The notes beneath the pieces are model-generated. The model was given only the letters and a program-made list of their open reading frames with translations, had not been told where the DNA came from and searched no databases. A DNA stretch of 63,895 nucleotides, filler included, from Bipalium vagum (lineage: Eukaryota), in assembly GCA_037834085.1 (NCBI GenBank). It is 3 parts of 3 records of this genome, joined end to end, with 100 filler letters (N's around TTAATTAATTAA, not from the genome) between each part and the next. Parts side by side here need not be neighbours in the genome. Positions count along the whole stretch, not along the records: positions 1 to 31,831 come from JBBMKC010245900.1; 2 more parts are not named here. The stretch is one strand, 5' to 3'. Positions within the stretch are counted from its first letter, which is position 1. Each line of letters starts with the position of its first letter. The translations under genes and the position numbers were made by a program. Shown here piece after piece: positions 1 through 14,343 of this stretch.

Positions 1-269
1 ATCATTATTAGTATTTATACCTTATTTATAGTTTTTATTACTTATTTTTCCCCGGGGGGTGTCTTGGGTAAACCCAATAATATATATTTTTGATTATTAA
101 AAATAAAATACAGTTTCGAATAATGACAAGAAAAAAGAATCACTGGAGGTGTCAGAGGTTTGAATCATAAATGTTGAAATGTCAATTTTTGGATTGCTCT
201 TGGCTAGTTATCCCTTGACTGTTTGATTTGCCTGGATTGCTCTTGGCTAGTTGACCCGGTTGAGTTAAC

Positions 270-960
270 CCTGTTGATGGTTCAATTTGTCGCAGTCTCC
301 ACACATAAATTCATCCTTTTTCAATATTTTAAAATACGTTATTCCATTTTTCTGTGGTAACACTTTTTATTTCTTCGGCCCCATAAATAGAAGTCAAGAG
401 GAGTTAAATATGGTGAACGTGGACCCCATCGAATTGAACAACCTCTTCCAATCCACGTGTTCAGAAAATGGGCGTCAAGATACTGTCGTACATTTATTTT
501 AAAAATGCACAGGATCTCCATAGTGCTGAAATACCAGAAACCGTACTTTGTACATTTTCCTCACTTCAAACATAAAATAGTCTTGAAGCATTGATAGATC
601 ATTTTGGCCATTAACAGTCTCATCTTCAAAGAAATACGGACCGATAATTTTATTTTTTGACAAAGCACACCAAACATTTACCTTCTGGGATTTTCTAGCA
701 GCTTCTAAAGTAACACGTGGATTACTTTCTGAACACTATATGACCTTATCTTTATTTACTAATCCTTTTAGGTAAAACGTTGCTTCATCCGAAAAGAAAT
801 ATTTTCTTGAATATCCACATTTTCTAACATTGGAATCAGGGTTTTGTACATCTCAACTCTGTCTTGCAAATATTCTTCATGTAATTCTTGCGTGAAATGA
901 AACTTAAAGGGTTTCAGTGAAAACTGTTTGACTGCAACCGGTTTGTTCTATAATTTAGGT
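270..960 (-). mobile_element. Degenerate Tc1/mariner-superfamily transposase remnant (DD41D/rosa-like motifs)
   Basis: The minus strand gives FSDEA near 780-796 and VRQYLDAHFLNTWIGRG..RWGPRSPYLTPLDFYLWG (ORF 339..521). This is a decayed WPPRSPDLTPLDFYLWG motif with frameshifts and stops. Confidence 0.8.
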
Positions 961-1461
961 TGTAGAGGCTTTTAAATGCTAAAGGTATGCCACGATCAAC
1001 ATTTTAAACCCTTTGTCGTATGACCAGCAAAAATTGAATGCTTCCTAATTGATATAGAGGTCTAGTAGCATTTATAATCTATACATCTCCACAAATCTTT
1101 CATTTTCAGTTTTAAAAGTTTAGCACAAAATTAATATATTTTTGTGGAGTTTTTTAAAATATTTTGATCCAACAAAAATTTAATACACTGGCTTTCATTG
1201 ACAAAAATTGTCTTCAATTCATATATGGATGGAAATATATAAATTTTCTTTAACATTCTTTTTTCATACCTTTATTACCGTATTATTTAAGTGTTTTAAG
1301 ATTAAATCTTAACAATGTTAGTTAACTGATTTAAATAGTTAATTAAAAAAAAATTTCCGTTACTTTTTAATTAATTTTAAATAATTAAAAATTAAGTTAA
1401 TTTTTCAAAATCGTTATCTGTAATTTAACAAGTTTGTTTAAATATTTCAATTTAAAGAGCA

Positions 1462-2401
1462 ATGTTTAAAAAAAATTGTAAATTTTTTAAGGGTGGATTA
1501 AGAAAACGAAGAGGTAGTAGTGACAGTGACGACGAAGTGGCAAAACCTATTTATGCTAAAAGAAATAAAATCGAACCCGTTCTACAATTTGTAAGTAATT
1601 TTGATTAATTGATTAATTGATTTATTGATCAATTGATCAATTATTTATTTTAAACAGCGTACTAAAAATTCTAACACTGAAAATGCAGTTCACAAATATG
1701 AAGCAGATAAATCCATATCAAAGTCCAGGCCCGCCGATTTGGGAGCAACAGCTCATTTGGAAATCGACACAGAACTAACCAAAGACGCTCAATCGATATT
1801 TGAAAGAGTCCAGAAGGATAAAATGAAAATGGACGATGGGTTATATCACGGGTTGAAATGTTATGACACAATGACCGAGGCAAAGGATACCATAGCTGGA
1901 AACGCATCTAGTGGCTTCAACCGAAAGGGTCCGATGAGAGCACCGACGAACATTCGTTCTACGACCAGGTGGGACTATCAACCGGACATTTGCAAGGATT
2001 ACAAAGAAACCGGTTTTTGTGGCTTCGGAGACAGTTGTAAGTTTCTCCACGATCGTTCAGACTACAAGTTTGGGTGGCAGCTTGAACAGGAGGAGTTGAA
2101 TCACCAGTCCGATGATAGTGCCGATGACAAATATGAAATCCACGAATCAGATGACGAGATAAACGTTCCACACTTTTGCACATATTGCAGAGAAACCTTT
2201 AAGGAGCCAGTGGTAACCAGGTGCATGCACTACTTCTGCTCTAAGTGCGCTCTGGAAATGTATAAAAAGTTGAAAGGAAAATGTCAGGCGTGTGAGCAAG
2301 ATACTGAGGGCAATTTCAAAAACGCGGATTATATATTTGCAAAGATCCAGGCCATCGAAGACAAAAGGAACAATAAAAATGTCGACGATGATTCAGAATA
2401 A
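1462..2401 (+). CDS. RNF113A: RING finger protein 113A / Cwc24 spliceosomal CCCH-RING protein (~290 aa). Exons 1462-1590 and 1658-2401
   Basis: Contains KGPMRAPTNIRSTTRWDYQPDICKDYKETGFCGFGDSCKFLHDRSDYKFGWQLE (CCCH finger) and the C3HC4 RING CTYC..CMHYFCSKC..CQAC. A phase-0 GTAAGT...ACAG intron at 1591-1657 joins ATG 1462 in frame. Confidence 0.96.
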
Positions 2402-3014
2402 ATTTTCTTTCTCGATTTGTTTTGGATATTTTAAATTTTTACAAGTTATATAATTTTAGTTTTAAAATATTAACACGATATTTCTCGAAATTATTTGAAA
2501 ATATCTATTAAATGTTTCTGCTAAAAGTATATCACGAAAGCGGTACTATTTATTGGACATAAAAGTGGATTTCTCAATTACAAATAATGCTTTAATAGTA
2601 GTTGACAACCGAGTGAAAGAAAAATTGATTTTAGTTGTTTTTGCTTGATCATTCCAATCAAGTGCGCCTCATATTTTGCAAAATTTAAACTCCAATAATA
2701 GTAGTTTTACTTTGAACCCTTCTTTGACTACGTCGCTTTTTGAGATATTACTACTCTTCGTCAGATATAGTGCCACTGTTACTATTGCTGAATAGTGTAT
2801 TCTAACTGAGAGTTTTTCATTTATTTTTCTTGAAGTAACGTGTATTTTCTTTTTGAATATATGAAATTCCATATACTAAAATTTGTTTAATTTAAACAAA
2901 TAGCAGAATGGTGCTATTCTATGTAAAACTAATCCCTTAAAATCAATACAGGGTTATGCAGTAATATAAGGAAAAATATTCAGAAATATATAGTGGAAAT
3001 GTACAATAAATAAA

Positions 3015-3450
3015 TTAGTATCTCGCCAAGGCTTTTTCTAAAAACCACCACATGTATTGAAAATAATCACTTAAATCGATATAGTCATACATGAGTTCTT
3101 GAGTAATCAATCGTCCCGATCTATAATGGTTTTCATAAAGGATGATATTTGAGAATTGTAGTTGAGGCAAGTATGGTGGCAGAAATCTGTAAGCAATACC
3201 TCGTTCTGTCAGCAACTTAATAACATCTTTTCGGTGATGGAACATGCAATTGTACATCACCAATATATCCCCAGGATTTTGATTGAAATGATTGCATAGG
3301 TTGTCACTAATAACTGTCCCCATCGAAAGATCCATCTTTTTCGAAGCATAAAATGCCTGTAAATTTGATTTTATAAATAAACAGATGACAAAACAATGAA
3401 ACCTGTCATTTTAATAGCAACCATGCAGCTGATATTTTTGGCTGACTAAA
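3015..3450 (-). mobile_element. IS630/Tc1-like DDE transposase remnant
   Basis: ILVMYNCMFH (decayed MDN..FH) and YRFLPPYLPQL (decayed FLPPYSPQLNPIE). An upstream KNISCMVAI fragment lies in another frame. Confidence 0.65.
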
Positions 3451-3599
3451 ATGCGATTTAATTTAAAAAGAAACAATAGAATGTTTATTCTATATATTTC
3501 TGAATAATTTTCTTTTTATTTCTGAATACTTTTCTATGCATTTTGAATCGAATTATATATATTTTTGCACAGATTTCTGCATTAACCTGCCATAACTTA

Positions 3600-4212
3600 A
3601 TCGACAAGATATAAGGCTTTCATGTGGACAAAGACCTACAGTCACCCCAAAACCAAATATTCCTGGGAAAAGTAATTATTAAGTGTTTGGTGGTCCGCTA
3701 GACGTGTTATTCATTATGAGCTGTTACAACCAGGTAAAACGATAACAGCGGATTTGTATTGTGCCCAGTTAGACAGATTGAAGGAAAAACTAGAAAAAAG
3801 TGTATAGCTTTGACCAACAGAAATAGAGTAATTCCTCATTATGATAACGCACGGCCGCACACCGCAAAGAAGACGCTCCAAAAAATTAAGAACTTCGGCT
3901 GGGAACTGTTATCTCATCTTCCTTATAGTACTGACAGCGCTTTCTGACTACCGTATTTTCCGTGCAATGACAAATTTTTGGTCGGAAAAAATACAATTCC
4001 CATGAAGCTCTAAATATAGCCATCCAAGACTTCTTCATTTCCAAACCACAGGATTTTTATAAAGATGGTCTTTTAAAATTAGTTTCTAAATGGAGTGACA
4101 TCGTAGAAAACAATGGTGCTTATATATTTAGTTAATATATCTGTTCTGCGAATTCTTTTGTTATTTAAAGTTTTTTATAAAAAAAGACATTACTTACGTG
4201 TCGACCTAATAT
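3600..4212 (+). mobile_element. Mariner (DD34D-type) transposase remnant, 3' half
   Basis: VWW..RVIHYELLQPGKTI, HYDNARPHTAKKT..FGWELLSHLPYSTDSA, and a KW..IVENNGAY tail. A TIR-like end (cattacttacgtgtcgacctaata) lies near 4190-4212. Confidence 0.85.
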
Positions 4213-4580
4213 ATTGAGAATTAAACATCTTAGTTTATAAAAGATGAAAAAAATTGTATGTATAGATTCCAAAGTCATTGAAAGTAGGTTGAATTAAAAA
4301 GCCAGATTGTTCATGATTATCTTGAAATTATTTATAGGTTAAATATTTTCAAGATATTTCATAATTATCATAAAAATATTCCCATAACTGAAAATTGAAT
4401 TCAAATTTTTAAAAAATTTGTGTTAAGAAATTAACCTTAGTAAACTGGTTAAAACAAATTTTCTGTTGTCAAGAAATTTAATGTAGTTTAATCAGAATAT
4501 CTCAAGCACCATAATAGAAATTAATAAAACTACAAGAAATAGAGTTTAATTTTTATTAATAAAATTGCTAAGAAAAGCCT

Positions 4581-7500
4581 TCAAAAATCATCAATATAAA
4601 GACTGGTTGTGGACACGACTCCTCGGTAAATCGTTTCTTGTGTTTTCTTAAAAAGCGATGCCAATCCAAAGTCAGCCATCACTTTGGAAGCCGATTCACA
4701 ATGACGCAGCAGTTCATACAGTCGCAACAAGCACCGGATTATGTCACCAGACTGAACATCGGTTCGTTCGACAATATCGGAAAATTTGTGACCTAAAGAC
4801 CACATTTTCACCGATTCCACAAGAGAAGAGTTGATTTGAATCTCATTATTGAAAATATTGAAATTTTCCTGACAAGTATTAATCTGAAAAACAAGCGAAA
4901 CAATCGCTCCTTATAATATCAATCTTTGGAAAGCTCACTAAATTACCTTATCGACAACAGAAATCACTTCTTTGAGAATCTTTTGCAACGAAACACTGAG
5001 ATCCGAAAGACGAATTTCCGAACTTTGATTATTTGTTACTTTGTTCTCGTACATGAGACAAGACAAAGAAGCGGCAATATCACAAGGGGCAGCATTGAGG
5101 AACACCCCAGACAAAATGATTTCTGTAACAACGATCTCGTAGGTTTCGATCTCACAAGCAATTCTTCCTGTTTCCATGGCAATAAAAAATTAATTTTAAA
5201 TCGATTTAAACTTTATAACGATTACACCTTTCAATTTGATCGTATCCTTGTCAGCATTTATGAATTCTAAGCTCTTCAATAGCGCCAATTTGTTCCGATA
5301 TTCTGGTAGAAAGGCTAAATTATCATCAGACAGGGCTTTTTGTAAATAATCCACTTTAGACATCATTTTCTCTGTGTTGTCAATCAGTTTTATGTGATCC
5401 GACAGACACAAACAATCGATACACGGGAACGTCAACAGAGGACTTTCCGAGCTTTCAAAATGGAAATAATATGTGAACAACTGCCTCTGACGACTGTCCT
5501 AAAAAAGAAATCAATAACAACCCTGTCATTAAATTTTAGTTGATGTTCCAGTACTAATACACAATTTTCTGATTTTCTCCTTACCTTTATATTCAATTCC
5601 TTTTCATAATTTGCCGTGTCCAACTTGCTTTTGAAGCTTCCACAAATGGCCTGGATTGCATTTCGGAACGCGAAACTGTTATCGATCCATTCAGACCAGG
5701 GTGTTGAGTTGCGGAAAAATCTCGACGTCCAATACTTTTCAATATCCTGAACATCGATTCGATTCTTTGTTAAACAGACTTTATTGATGTCGTTCAAATT
5801 CACAGTAATGATCTTCGGGATCACTTCATTGATCTAAAGCGGATCGAGAAAGAAATCGGTAATGAAATGCAAAAACACACACAAGAGCAATTACCAACCT
5901 TTTTGTGGACGATCTCATCAACCAAAGGTCTGATGGCAACAATGTTCGGAGTTCCGGTGGCATTTTTTTGTTCGGAATTTTTGCTCGTATCGACACTGCA
6001 GGAAGCGGGATCGTCCTCATTTCTTAAATCGTACGTGAGAACTCTCAATTTGTATTTATCATTTCCCGATGATTGACGAATCAATGACAAAACAAGGGCT
6101 GGAATCAATAATCGATCTTTACAATGAGCAAAGTCAGCAATATCAGACGAGTCCAGCAAAATCAATCGACCGGCACACAGGAAATTAACAAGCTCGTTTT
6201 TACTTTCCATTATCTCGTTGACTGCGTTCTTTGCCGTTTTGTATTCCAGGCATTTCTGAAAGAGACAACAAAAAAGCCCAGTTAAATCCGCACACTGTTG
6301 TCATTTGCACAATCTTCAATACTTTGTAGTACTGGTTGACAACGTCGATATTGCACCCTTTGTCAAGACAAGCGAGGCCGGTACAATTGATGGTTTTCAA
6401 TTTTTCTGATATCTCTTCGAAATCCAGACAATTCTCGTCGTATTTCTTTAACCGATTTGCTTCGATAAAACTGTGTCGAATCATGTGCTAAAATCAATTT
6501 TTCAATATTTTCAAAAAAACTATAAATCATTTCCTAAAATTGATAATTTTGAAAATTAACAATGAAAATATTTTACAAAAAATAAATCACTATTACACAA
6601 AGACTTGATTTTCGACCGGAAAATCAATCAAAAATATTTATATATTGTATCGATTGATTTCATAAGAATAAAAAATTAAAATCGATTTTAAAATATTATC
6701 AATATCTCAAATTCGATAAAATTAGACCAATCGATATTCACTAAAAATTCCTTCCTTAATAAAACAAAATAATTTAAACAATCAATAGGTTTCATTTCAC
6801 CGCGGAAATGAAAAAATTAAGCAAAATACGAGAATAAGTCAATATTCGGTTAATAAAATCAATATTTCACTCAGCATTCAAAAGAAACTTACTTGAATGT
6901 TGAACTGTCGGTTTCGATAGAGACTCAAAATAATGTTGTAAGAAATCTTAAACTTTGACTCCAATTGGCACGCAGAACCGATCAATGTACGCTTTAATTC
7001 ATCTTGCGAATAGATTGTGGATGTCGGCTTAATTAAGATGATTACGGTTCCGATTTTGTCCAGACCCCTCCGACCAGCTCGTCCGGCCATTTGAGTAAAT
7101 TCACCTGTCAAAACCCAAAATCAATGATCAAATTAAAATTCACATTCTTATACTTGATATTAATAATAATAATAATAAGCAATATCATGATAATTATATA
7201 AATAAACAATAATTATCATAATAAATCAGTATAATTGTATTCTAATATTAATAAATAAAGGAAAAAATGATCGAAAAATATAGAACATTTTTTACAGAGA
7301 AAATCAATATGATAAAAATAGAAATAATTATACAAATATTATTATGATTATTTTAATTTTATGACATCAATATAGTAATATTACGTAAGGAAAAAGTTTT
7401 CGGAAAAATTAAAACTAAATAAAATTTCTAATAATAATTATATTGCATTTTTATTCGCCTTGTTTATCGAAGGTGAATCGAATTTTTAATTTTAGATAAA

Positions 7501-10500
7501 TTTAAATTTATTATAAATAAAATATTTCGTAATATAATCTTTTATTTTTATTTGTTTGAAAAAATTGCAAATTATAAAAATAATTTTCTATGAGTGACTC
7601 ATGTGATGTGTGATTGTATACAAGTCGACTGTATATAAGTTTTTCAGAAATTTCAGTTTGAAAGATGAAACACGTCATGGTCGTCCAAAAGTAATGAACA
7701 ATGTAATTTTATTGAAAACAATTCAAGCAGATCCGACAATTAGAACCGATGAATTATCTAAGTTATTCTACACAAGTTAAACGATTGAAAATAATGTGCA
7801 TGATCTTAGCCATTCGTCAGTGTGGGATAAGTGGGTATCATTCCCTTAATAAGGTTTACAAAGAAAATAGAGTGAATTTTTGTAAAGAACTGCTTGATAA
7901 AAGAAGATTTTTTCTCCAATGTGATAACTGTTGATGAGAAATGGGTGTATTATGAAAACGTATCTAGATGCAGATCATGGAAAAAGTCAGGGGGAGAACC
8001 TGTAGCAGTAGCTAAACGTGGTTTGACTCATAAGTTATTAATGTGTATTTTTTGGGATATTAGAGGAGTTATGTATAAAGAATCTCTGAAAAATAGACAA
8101 ACGCTTATTACAGAAGTATATATTCGATAATTTGATAAAGTCAATTCGGTCTTGGCCTTCACATCTAATTAGAAAAGGAATAATCTTTCAACACGATAAC
8201 CCCAAACCACATACGTCAAATTTAACAAAACGAAAGCTTGACAGACTGCGTTGGACAGTTTTGAAACATGCCTCTTATTATCCGGAAAAATCCCCTTCAG
8301 ATTATGATCTATTTAGCAGTATAGTTTATCTGGCACTAAATTCAAACCGAGTGATGAAACAATTTCACAAGTTCAATCTTATCTAAGTTTCAAAGATCAT
8401 GATTTCTTTAAAGAAGGCATTTACAAGTTGTTGAAGCGTTGGGAGCAGATTGTGAAGAACAATGGTGCATATATTTTATACTAAATGGTTTTTGTTATAT
8501 ATCCTCTAATACATGTATTATTTTCAATAAAACATTGAACTAACATTTAATTTTAATTTTTCCGAGAACGTTTTTTGTTACCAGATATAAGGTCACTCGA
8601 AAAGCTCAATGGATATTTATAATAACTATTTTCCTTGAGCTTTATTTGAATGATTTGGTTTAGTTTGAAATGTGAGTATTTTGAAATTCGATTGTTAATA
8701 TTATTTTTGAAACTTTCGAACAAAAACAAAGTTTTTGTTATTAACCTTCCAGCAGGAGTTAAATTTAAGCGATTCCGGATTAGTCAAAAGATTTGTAATG
8801 ATTGTGAAAATAATATGGTTTCAGAATATACTGGTAGAAATGCTATTTCGTAAAGGTTAAAGATTAATATAATTATATATTTTTTATATTAATATCATAA
8901 ATATTATATTAAAAGTTAAATGTAATGACAACCAAAGGAAAATTCAATTTATCTCATTATCAATGAAGCAAACGAAGATCATCAATCAATTCAAAAACCC
9001 CGAATTCTGACTGATTGATTGGTGTTTAATAGTAATAAATTTTGTTGATGGATAAACTATATTGATTTACAATAATATTTGATTTGATAAAAATTGTCCT
9101 TTTAAACTTCTATTTAGCCCAAATAAATTATGAAAAAACCAAATAACATTCTAGCCAGCTTTATATTGATTTCTTTAATAATAAAAAATACAATAATAAT
9201 AATAACAATCAGGAGAATAAACAAACCAGGCAAAAGAAGCCTCTTTTTATTGCCATCGTGTTTGGAAATACTGTCAAAGACCACAGATCTTGCTGGCATG
9301 TTCACTCCCACCGCGAAGGTTTCCGTAGCAAACAATACTTTCACATAACCTTGAGAAAACAGAATCTCAACGATCTAAGAAAAAATATAAAAATATTGTT
9401 TAGTTAACTGAAAAATATGATTAAATTTGTATTGATTATAATTTATAAGGATTTTTTGTAATTTTATTTGAAAAATGTAATTTTACTTCAATGTCAATAA
9501 CTTTAAAACTGTACGACAGAATTCAAAATAATTTTGGATTTGTACATAGCTTAACATAATCGATTAAATACTGTTCAAATTTTACGATTTCGAATTTCTT
9601 GTCAAACCAGTGTTATTCAATCATTTTTACTTAATATTGATTATCATTACAATTATGAGGTTTAATTTTTATTCGGGGTTAAAAAGGGAAAAGATTTTTA
9701 TTTATTTTATTATTTTTAAAGATCCAAAATCAATTGATTATATATAAATATATATTTCTTTAAGTAAATCAATTTAGAAAATAGAAACTGCGAAATTAAA
9801 TATCGTGTGTCAATGAAATTCTTACCAAAATCGAATGGGGAACATCAAATATCATCGAATCTTTGAAAAAAGTTTATCAAGATGATGAACCAAAGAAAAC
9901 AACAGTTTTTGAATTGGTACGAAAATTTAAGTCGGGCCTAGAGAGCAAAAAAGGTGACATCGACCTGGGTTGACCATCAACATCAATGACTGAGGAATTT
10001 GTAGTTACTGTTGAATTGATATTTGAAAACTACAAGTGAATATGGTTCCAGATTATAATCAATTCTTTGGAAATTGTATAGTATTTTGTAAGAATTCTGC
10101 CAGATGGTGCGAAAAGCGTTGCGTGGAAAATACAGAATGTCTTGAAATCCAGTTTATCAACTTATATAATGATAACCACGAGGACTTTTATAGCAGACTG
10201 GTAATAAGACATGGATTTACTAATACGATTCAGAAAGTAACAATCAGCCTAAGCAATGGTTATCAGAAATATCAAGTTTTATAATCAAGCCAAGTTCATT
10301 ATTTTATGAGATTCTTAAAGTGTAATCCTCATATACTCTCTCGAGAATCAGCTGACAGTTAGTGGTAGATACTACGAAGACGTTAGACGAAAACTTCATG
10401 TTACACTTATAATGTAACGCCCTGGAAAAAAATTCAATTTTGTTTCACCATGACACTTGTGCAAGCTGTCCAGGGCTGTACTTCAAAAATATCATTGGGA

Positions 10501-13500
10501 AATACTCTTGAAAAAGAAATATCAAGAGCACTTACTGAGAAGTAATATCGAAAATCAAGAGCTGTTTTAAAATACAAAGTAGTAATTCAAATCCAAAGAT
10601 CAAATTTTTTATAGAAATGGTTTAGAACGCTGGCGCGACACCGTATGGAAAAGTGTTACCTATTAGATGGTTTATATGTCAAAAAATACATTTTTATTAT
10701 TTATTTTTTATTTGTATGATATTTCCTGAAACTTTTTGATTCCTTTTGTATGTTCAAAAATATTGAATAAGTCAAAAACTCACTTCTTTTAGAATTGGCA
10801 ACAATCCTGAATGATGAATTGCAACTCCTCTCGTAAGCAAACATTTAAGCTCCAAAACTTGCGGCAAGTTCCGATCAGAAGCATTTGACATTTTCCGATT
10901 GATTATTTCTTTGAAATATCTTTTTACGTTAGATTTCTCAACTTAAACAAAATTTTGATATAATAATATGAACTGTTATAATCATTATCTAGATGAACAA
11001 AATAAATAAATATTGAAAATTATTCAAGAAAACAAACCAATAAAAATGAAAAAAAAATAATTTGATCAACATTGAATTTTTGAGAATTAATTAGAACAAT
11101 AATATTATTAAATAATAATAAAATAACTATCCATAAAATAAATAAATATTCAAAATTATTCAAAGAAAATATAGACCAATCAAAATAGGGGAAATTTCAT
11201 AAACAAATATTTTTTTTTGAGAATTACAATATTGACAAAAAATAACTTCGATAATAAAATTTATAAATATCAATTAAAATAAATTAAATTTCAAAATTAT
11301 TTTAATTTTTACTTTATATTATTTAGAAAATTGATTAAATTAATTAATTAAAATTAAATAAATTTATTAACAAGACAATATCTTTCAATCAAAAATTAAT
11401 ATATAAAATCAATATTTATTATTAAAAATAATTTAATTTAATAAATGTGTAAGAATTATTATTATCAATTATAATTGTTATTATTATTTTAATTATTACT
11501 ATAACTATGATTATTATAATGATTTTATAATCATTTTTTTTGGTAGAGTATAAAGTTTTTGAAATCATTCCATATCACTGGTTTGAATAAACTTAAAATT
11601 TTTGATTGATTACCTTCGTTGAGAAAATCGACCGATTTCAAATCAAGTGCCGTTTCATGGATCCTTTTGCGAGAAAACATAAAACAAATCACAGGTAAAT
11701 TGTCCTTTTCCTTTAAAGCTTCAAAAAGAGCCAGCCATTGATTGCGATCTTTGTTGGACTTGTTACAACTCTCAGACATTTTTAATTTTAATTCTAAAAA
11801 ATTAATCAATAAAGATCTGCCCATCAAACATAATAATAAATAATCATAGTAATAATAATTTCTTAATTACCTTACTATTTTTAATATGAGCGATATTATA
11901 TTTACATTAATTTTTCATATAATAAAAACTGTACTTTAATCATATTGAGAAAATTGTAAGTGGTAAATGTAGAAATCAATGAAAACTATATTTCCAAAAG
12001 AACATGACAAAATAAAATTTTATGATTCTATTAATATATATTTACCAAATATAAAAAATCGATAATTTATAATACAAAATCATATTTAAGAAAACACGTC
12101 GTTCAATTTTAATAACCAAACATCGATTGATTGAAATTAAACATTTCTTTTCAAACTATGTAAGTTCAAAAGAGATTTAATCAAATTATTATTATATAAA
12201 ATATATAATTGGCCAATAAAAAATGTTCAAATTGCCTTTTTCAATTTCTTTCCCTATCCCATTGAATTCAAATATAATTTTAAAATGAAAAGATAGATAA
12301 TCATATTTCTTTTAAAAACTGAATTTAATTAAATAATTAAAATAAATCAATTAAGCTGTGACTACCACCTGGGTTTTGGAATTTCTGATGTTTGTGAGAT
12401 GATTTCGTGTTCTGATGTTGATGATTATTGTTGTTGTTATTATTATTGTTATTGTTATTTGCAGCATTGGTGGGTTTCGATTGAAACTTTTTCATCGCCT
12501 TTTCCGTGTTTGTATTGACAGCGTCGTTGGCCAACTGATAACCTAAACAGTTTTATGTTGAAATTTATTTAGAAAAGTTCTCAGTAAATGCAATTTTAGT
12601 AAAATGCTCACCTCGACCAATGAAATTTTTATTTGCATCCATAATTTTGTACAGCTGATCTCGCCTATTACGTCCGGTTCCGGTAAATAGGTATATTTCC
12701 AAAGGAACGGGTCTTTTGACGGTACTGATCACTTGTATTTGTGTATCACGAATTCGACCGAGCCACTCGGCAAATTGCATGGTATTGGGAACTGTTGCAC
12801 TCAACATGACCAACTGAATTCGTTTTGGCAGGAGGATCATGATCTGTTCCCAAACATATCCGCGAGAATCGTCATTCAAATAGTGAACCTAAATAATTAA
12901 TTGTAATAATAATAATAATAATAATATCATATTAAAATAATAAATCAAAATTATGAATATATACTTTTAATATACCACATAAAAATGTAATGTCAGTACA
13001 GAGAAGGGTATAATTAATAGATAAAAATTATGCTAAAAATTACAAAAAAATGTTATTATTGACCAATCAAAAGCATACTATTAAAACTAATAAGGCTTTA
13101 GATCAAGGTACTGGTTACACTGAAACATTTATTTTTTATCTTTTTTGTATGCATCATAAGAATTTTTATTCAAAGTCAATATTTTATTAAATTAAATCGA
13201 TAATCAGACATTTTATTAATACTCACCTCATCCATAATGACAACTTCTAAATCCCTAATAGTCGGACAATCATTTTTCAGCATATTGTGAAGAATCTCTG
13301 TGGTCATAACCAGAATATATCTACTGGTTCCAGTTTTTATATCGCCCGTTAACAGCCCAACGTTATCATTGCCAAAAGTGATTCTAAATAAAATGATAGA
13401 AACGGTATTCCAAAGCACATGAATTTTTTTAAAAATTTAATTTATTTTACTTGAATTCTCGATATTTCTGATTGGACAAAGCTTTTATTGGACTGGTATA

Positions 13501-14343
13501 AATGACCCTGGCTCCTCGATTGTAACACATAGCAATGGCATATTCAGCAACGACGGTTTTACCGGCTGAAGTGTGGGCAGCAACGAACACTGATTTGGAA
13601 TTTGCCAGACCAACGATGGCTTGTTTTTGGAAAACGTCAAGTTCAAATTGCCATTCCCAAGCTGGATTGGGAATCAATTGATTGAGAGGTTTGGTTTCCT
13701 CAGTTAAAACGACCTGTTTTTAATAAAAATTACAGACAGGTTGTTTTTATGAATGTTAAAAGTACTTGGTGGGCAAATTTTTCATCGAAAGAATCGTGCT
13801 TGAAAATTTTTGATTTACTCTGGAAAAAACCAGGCCTCATTGATATTTGGCGATCAATGCCTGTGATTGAAGATGCTAGGGGTTTTACAACTTTTTTCGA
13901 TGTTGAACAATCATTCAATATAAAAGATTCGATTCCATTACATGGAATACCTTGACTCAAAAAATCAACTTTTTGACAAAATGGAACCTAGGAAATAAAC
14001 TTGACATTTTAATCAATATTTATTAAATACAAACTTAATAACAAAAACCAAATTAATGGATCATAAGATTAATTTAAAAAAATAAATTTCACAAAAAAAC
14101 TATAACTAATTCGCATGTATTATCATTATAAATTAGTAACCTTACTTCATTTGTACTTTCATGACAAATTACTTTGTTTCTCATAAATAAGGGCTTTACA
14201 ACAGCAGATGGACATTTTATTTCAAGAAAATCTAATTCGTCGAAATTATTATTGACTGGATTTGTATAAAGAATAGACTTTAAAGATTCTAATCGTAATG
14301 GGTTGAAATAATCAATTATAGAATCCGGAAAATCAATAAACAT
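4581..14343 (-). CDS. SKIV2L: SKI2-like DExH RNA helicase (Ski complex / cytoplasmic exosome cofactor), ~1185 aa, 16 exons: 14343-14146, 13987-13766, 13713-13451, 13383-13227, 12888-12612, 12542-12366, 11793-11614, 10941-10784, 9374-9227, 7104-6893, 6487-6323, 6255-5899, 5833-5585, 5498-5228, 5167-4947, 4883-4581
   Basis: Motifs [21 protein letters not shown]|VH (split by an intron), [44 protein letters not shown] and [12 protein letters not shown], plus a DSHCT C-terminus ([17 protein letters not shown]). All GT-AG junctions are phase-compatible; total 3558 nt. RPVPLExYLFTG and GRIACEI favour Ski2 over Mtr4. Confidence 0.93.
7380..8590 (+). mobile_element. Near full-length degenerate mariner inside a SKIV2L intron, antisense to the host gene
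   Basis: [39 protein letters not shown]. Imperfect TIRs: aaaaagttttcggaaaaattaaaa (~7391-7414) and ttttaatttttccgagaacgtttt (~8551-8574). Confidence 0.88.
9780..10750 (+). mobile_element. Highly degenerate mariner remnant in a SKIV2L intron
   Basis: [29 protein letters not shown] (HTH) and decayed LFHHD and [13 protein letters not shown] segments. A TIR-like cctgaaactttttgattccttttgta lies at ~10725-10750. Confidence 0.7.

Noticed and set aside
189-262. Direct repeat tggattgctcttggctagtt x2
   Set aside because: Only two copies in a eukaryotic repeat context; a local duplication, not a CRISPR array.
4926-13955. Plus-strand ORFs over SKIV2L exons (4926..5270, 5867..6076, 9130..9348, 13749..13955)
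   Set aside because: Antisense to well-supported helicase exons.
4581-14343. Alternative call as MTR4/SKIV2L2
   Set aside because: RPVPLExYLFTG, [12 protein letters not shown] and GRIACEI match Ski2 better than Mtr4 (RPTPLQHY, QMSGRAGRRG).
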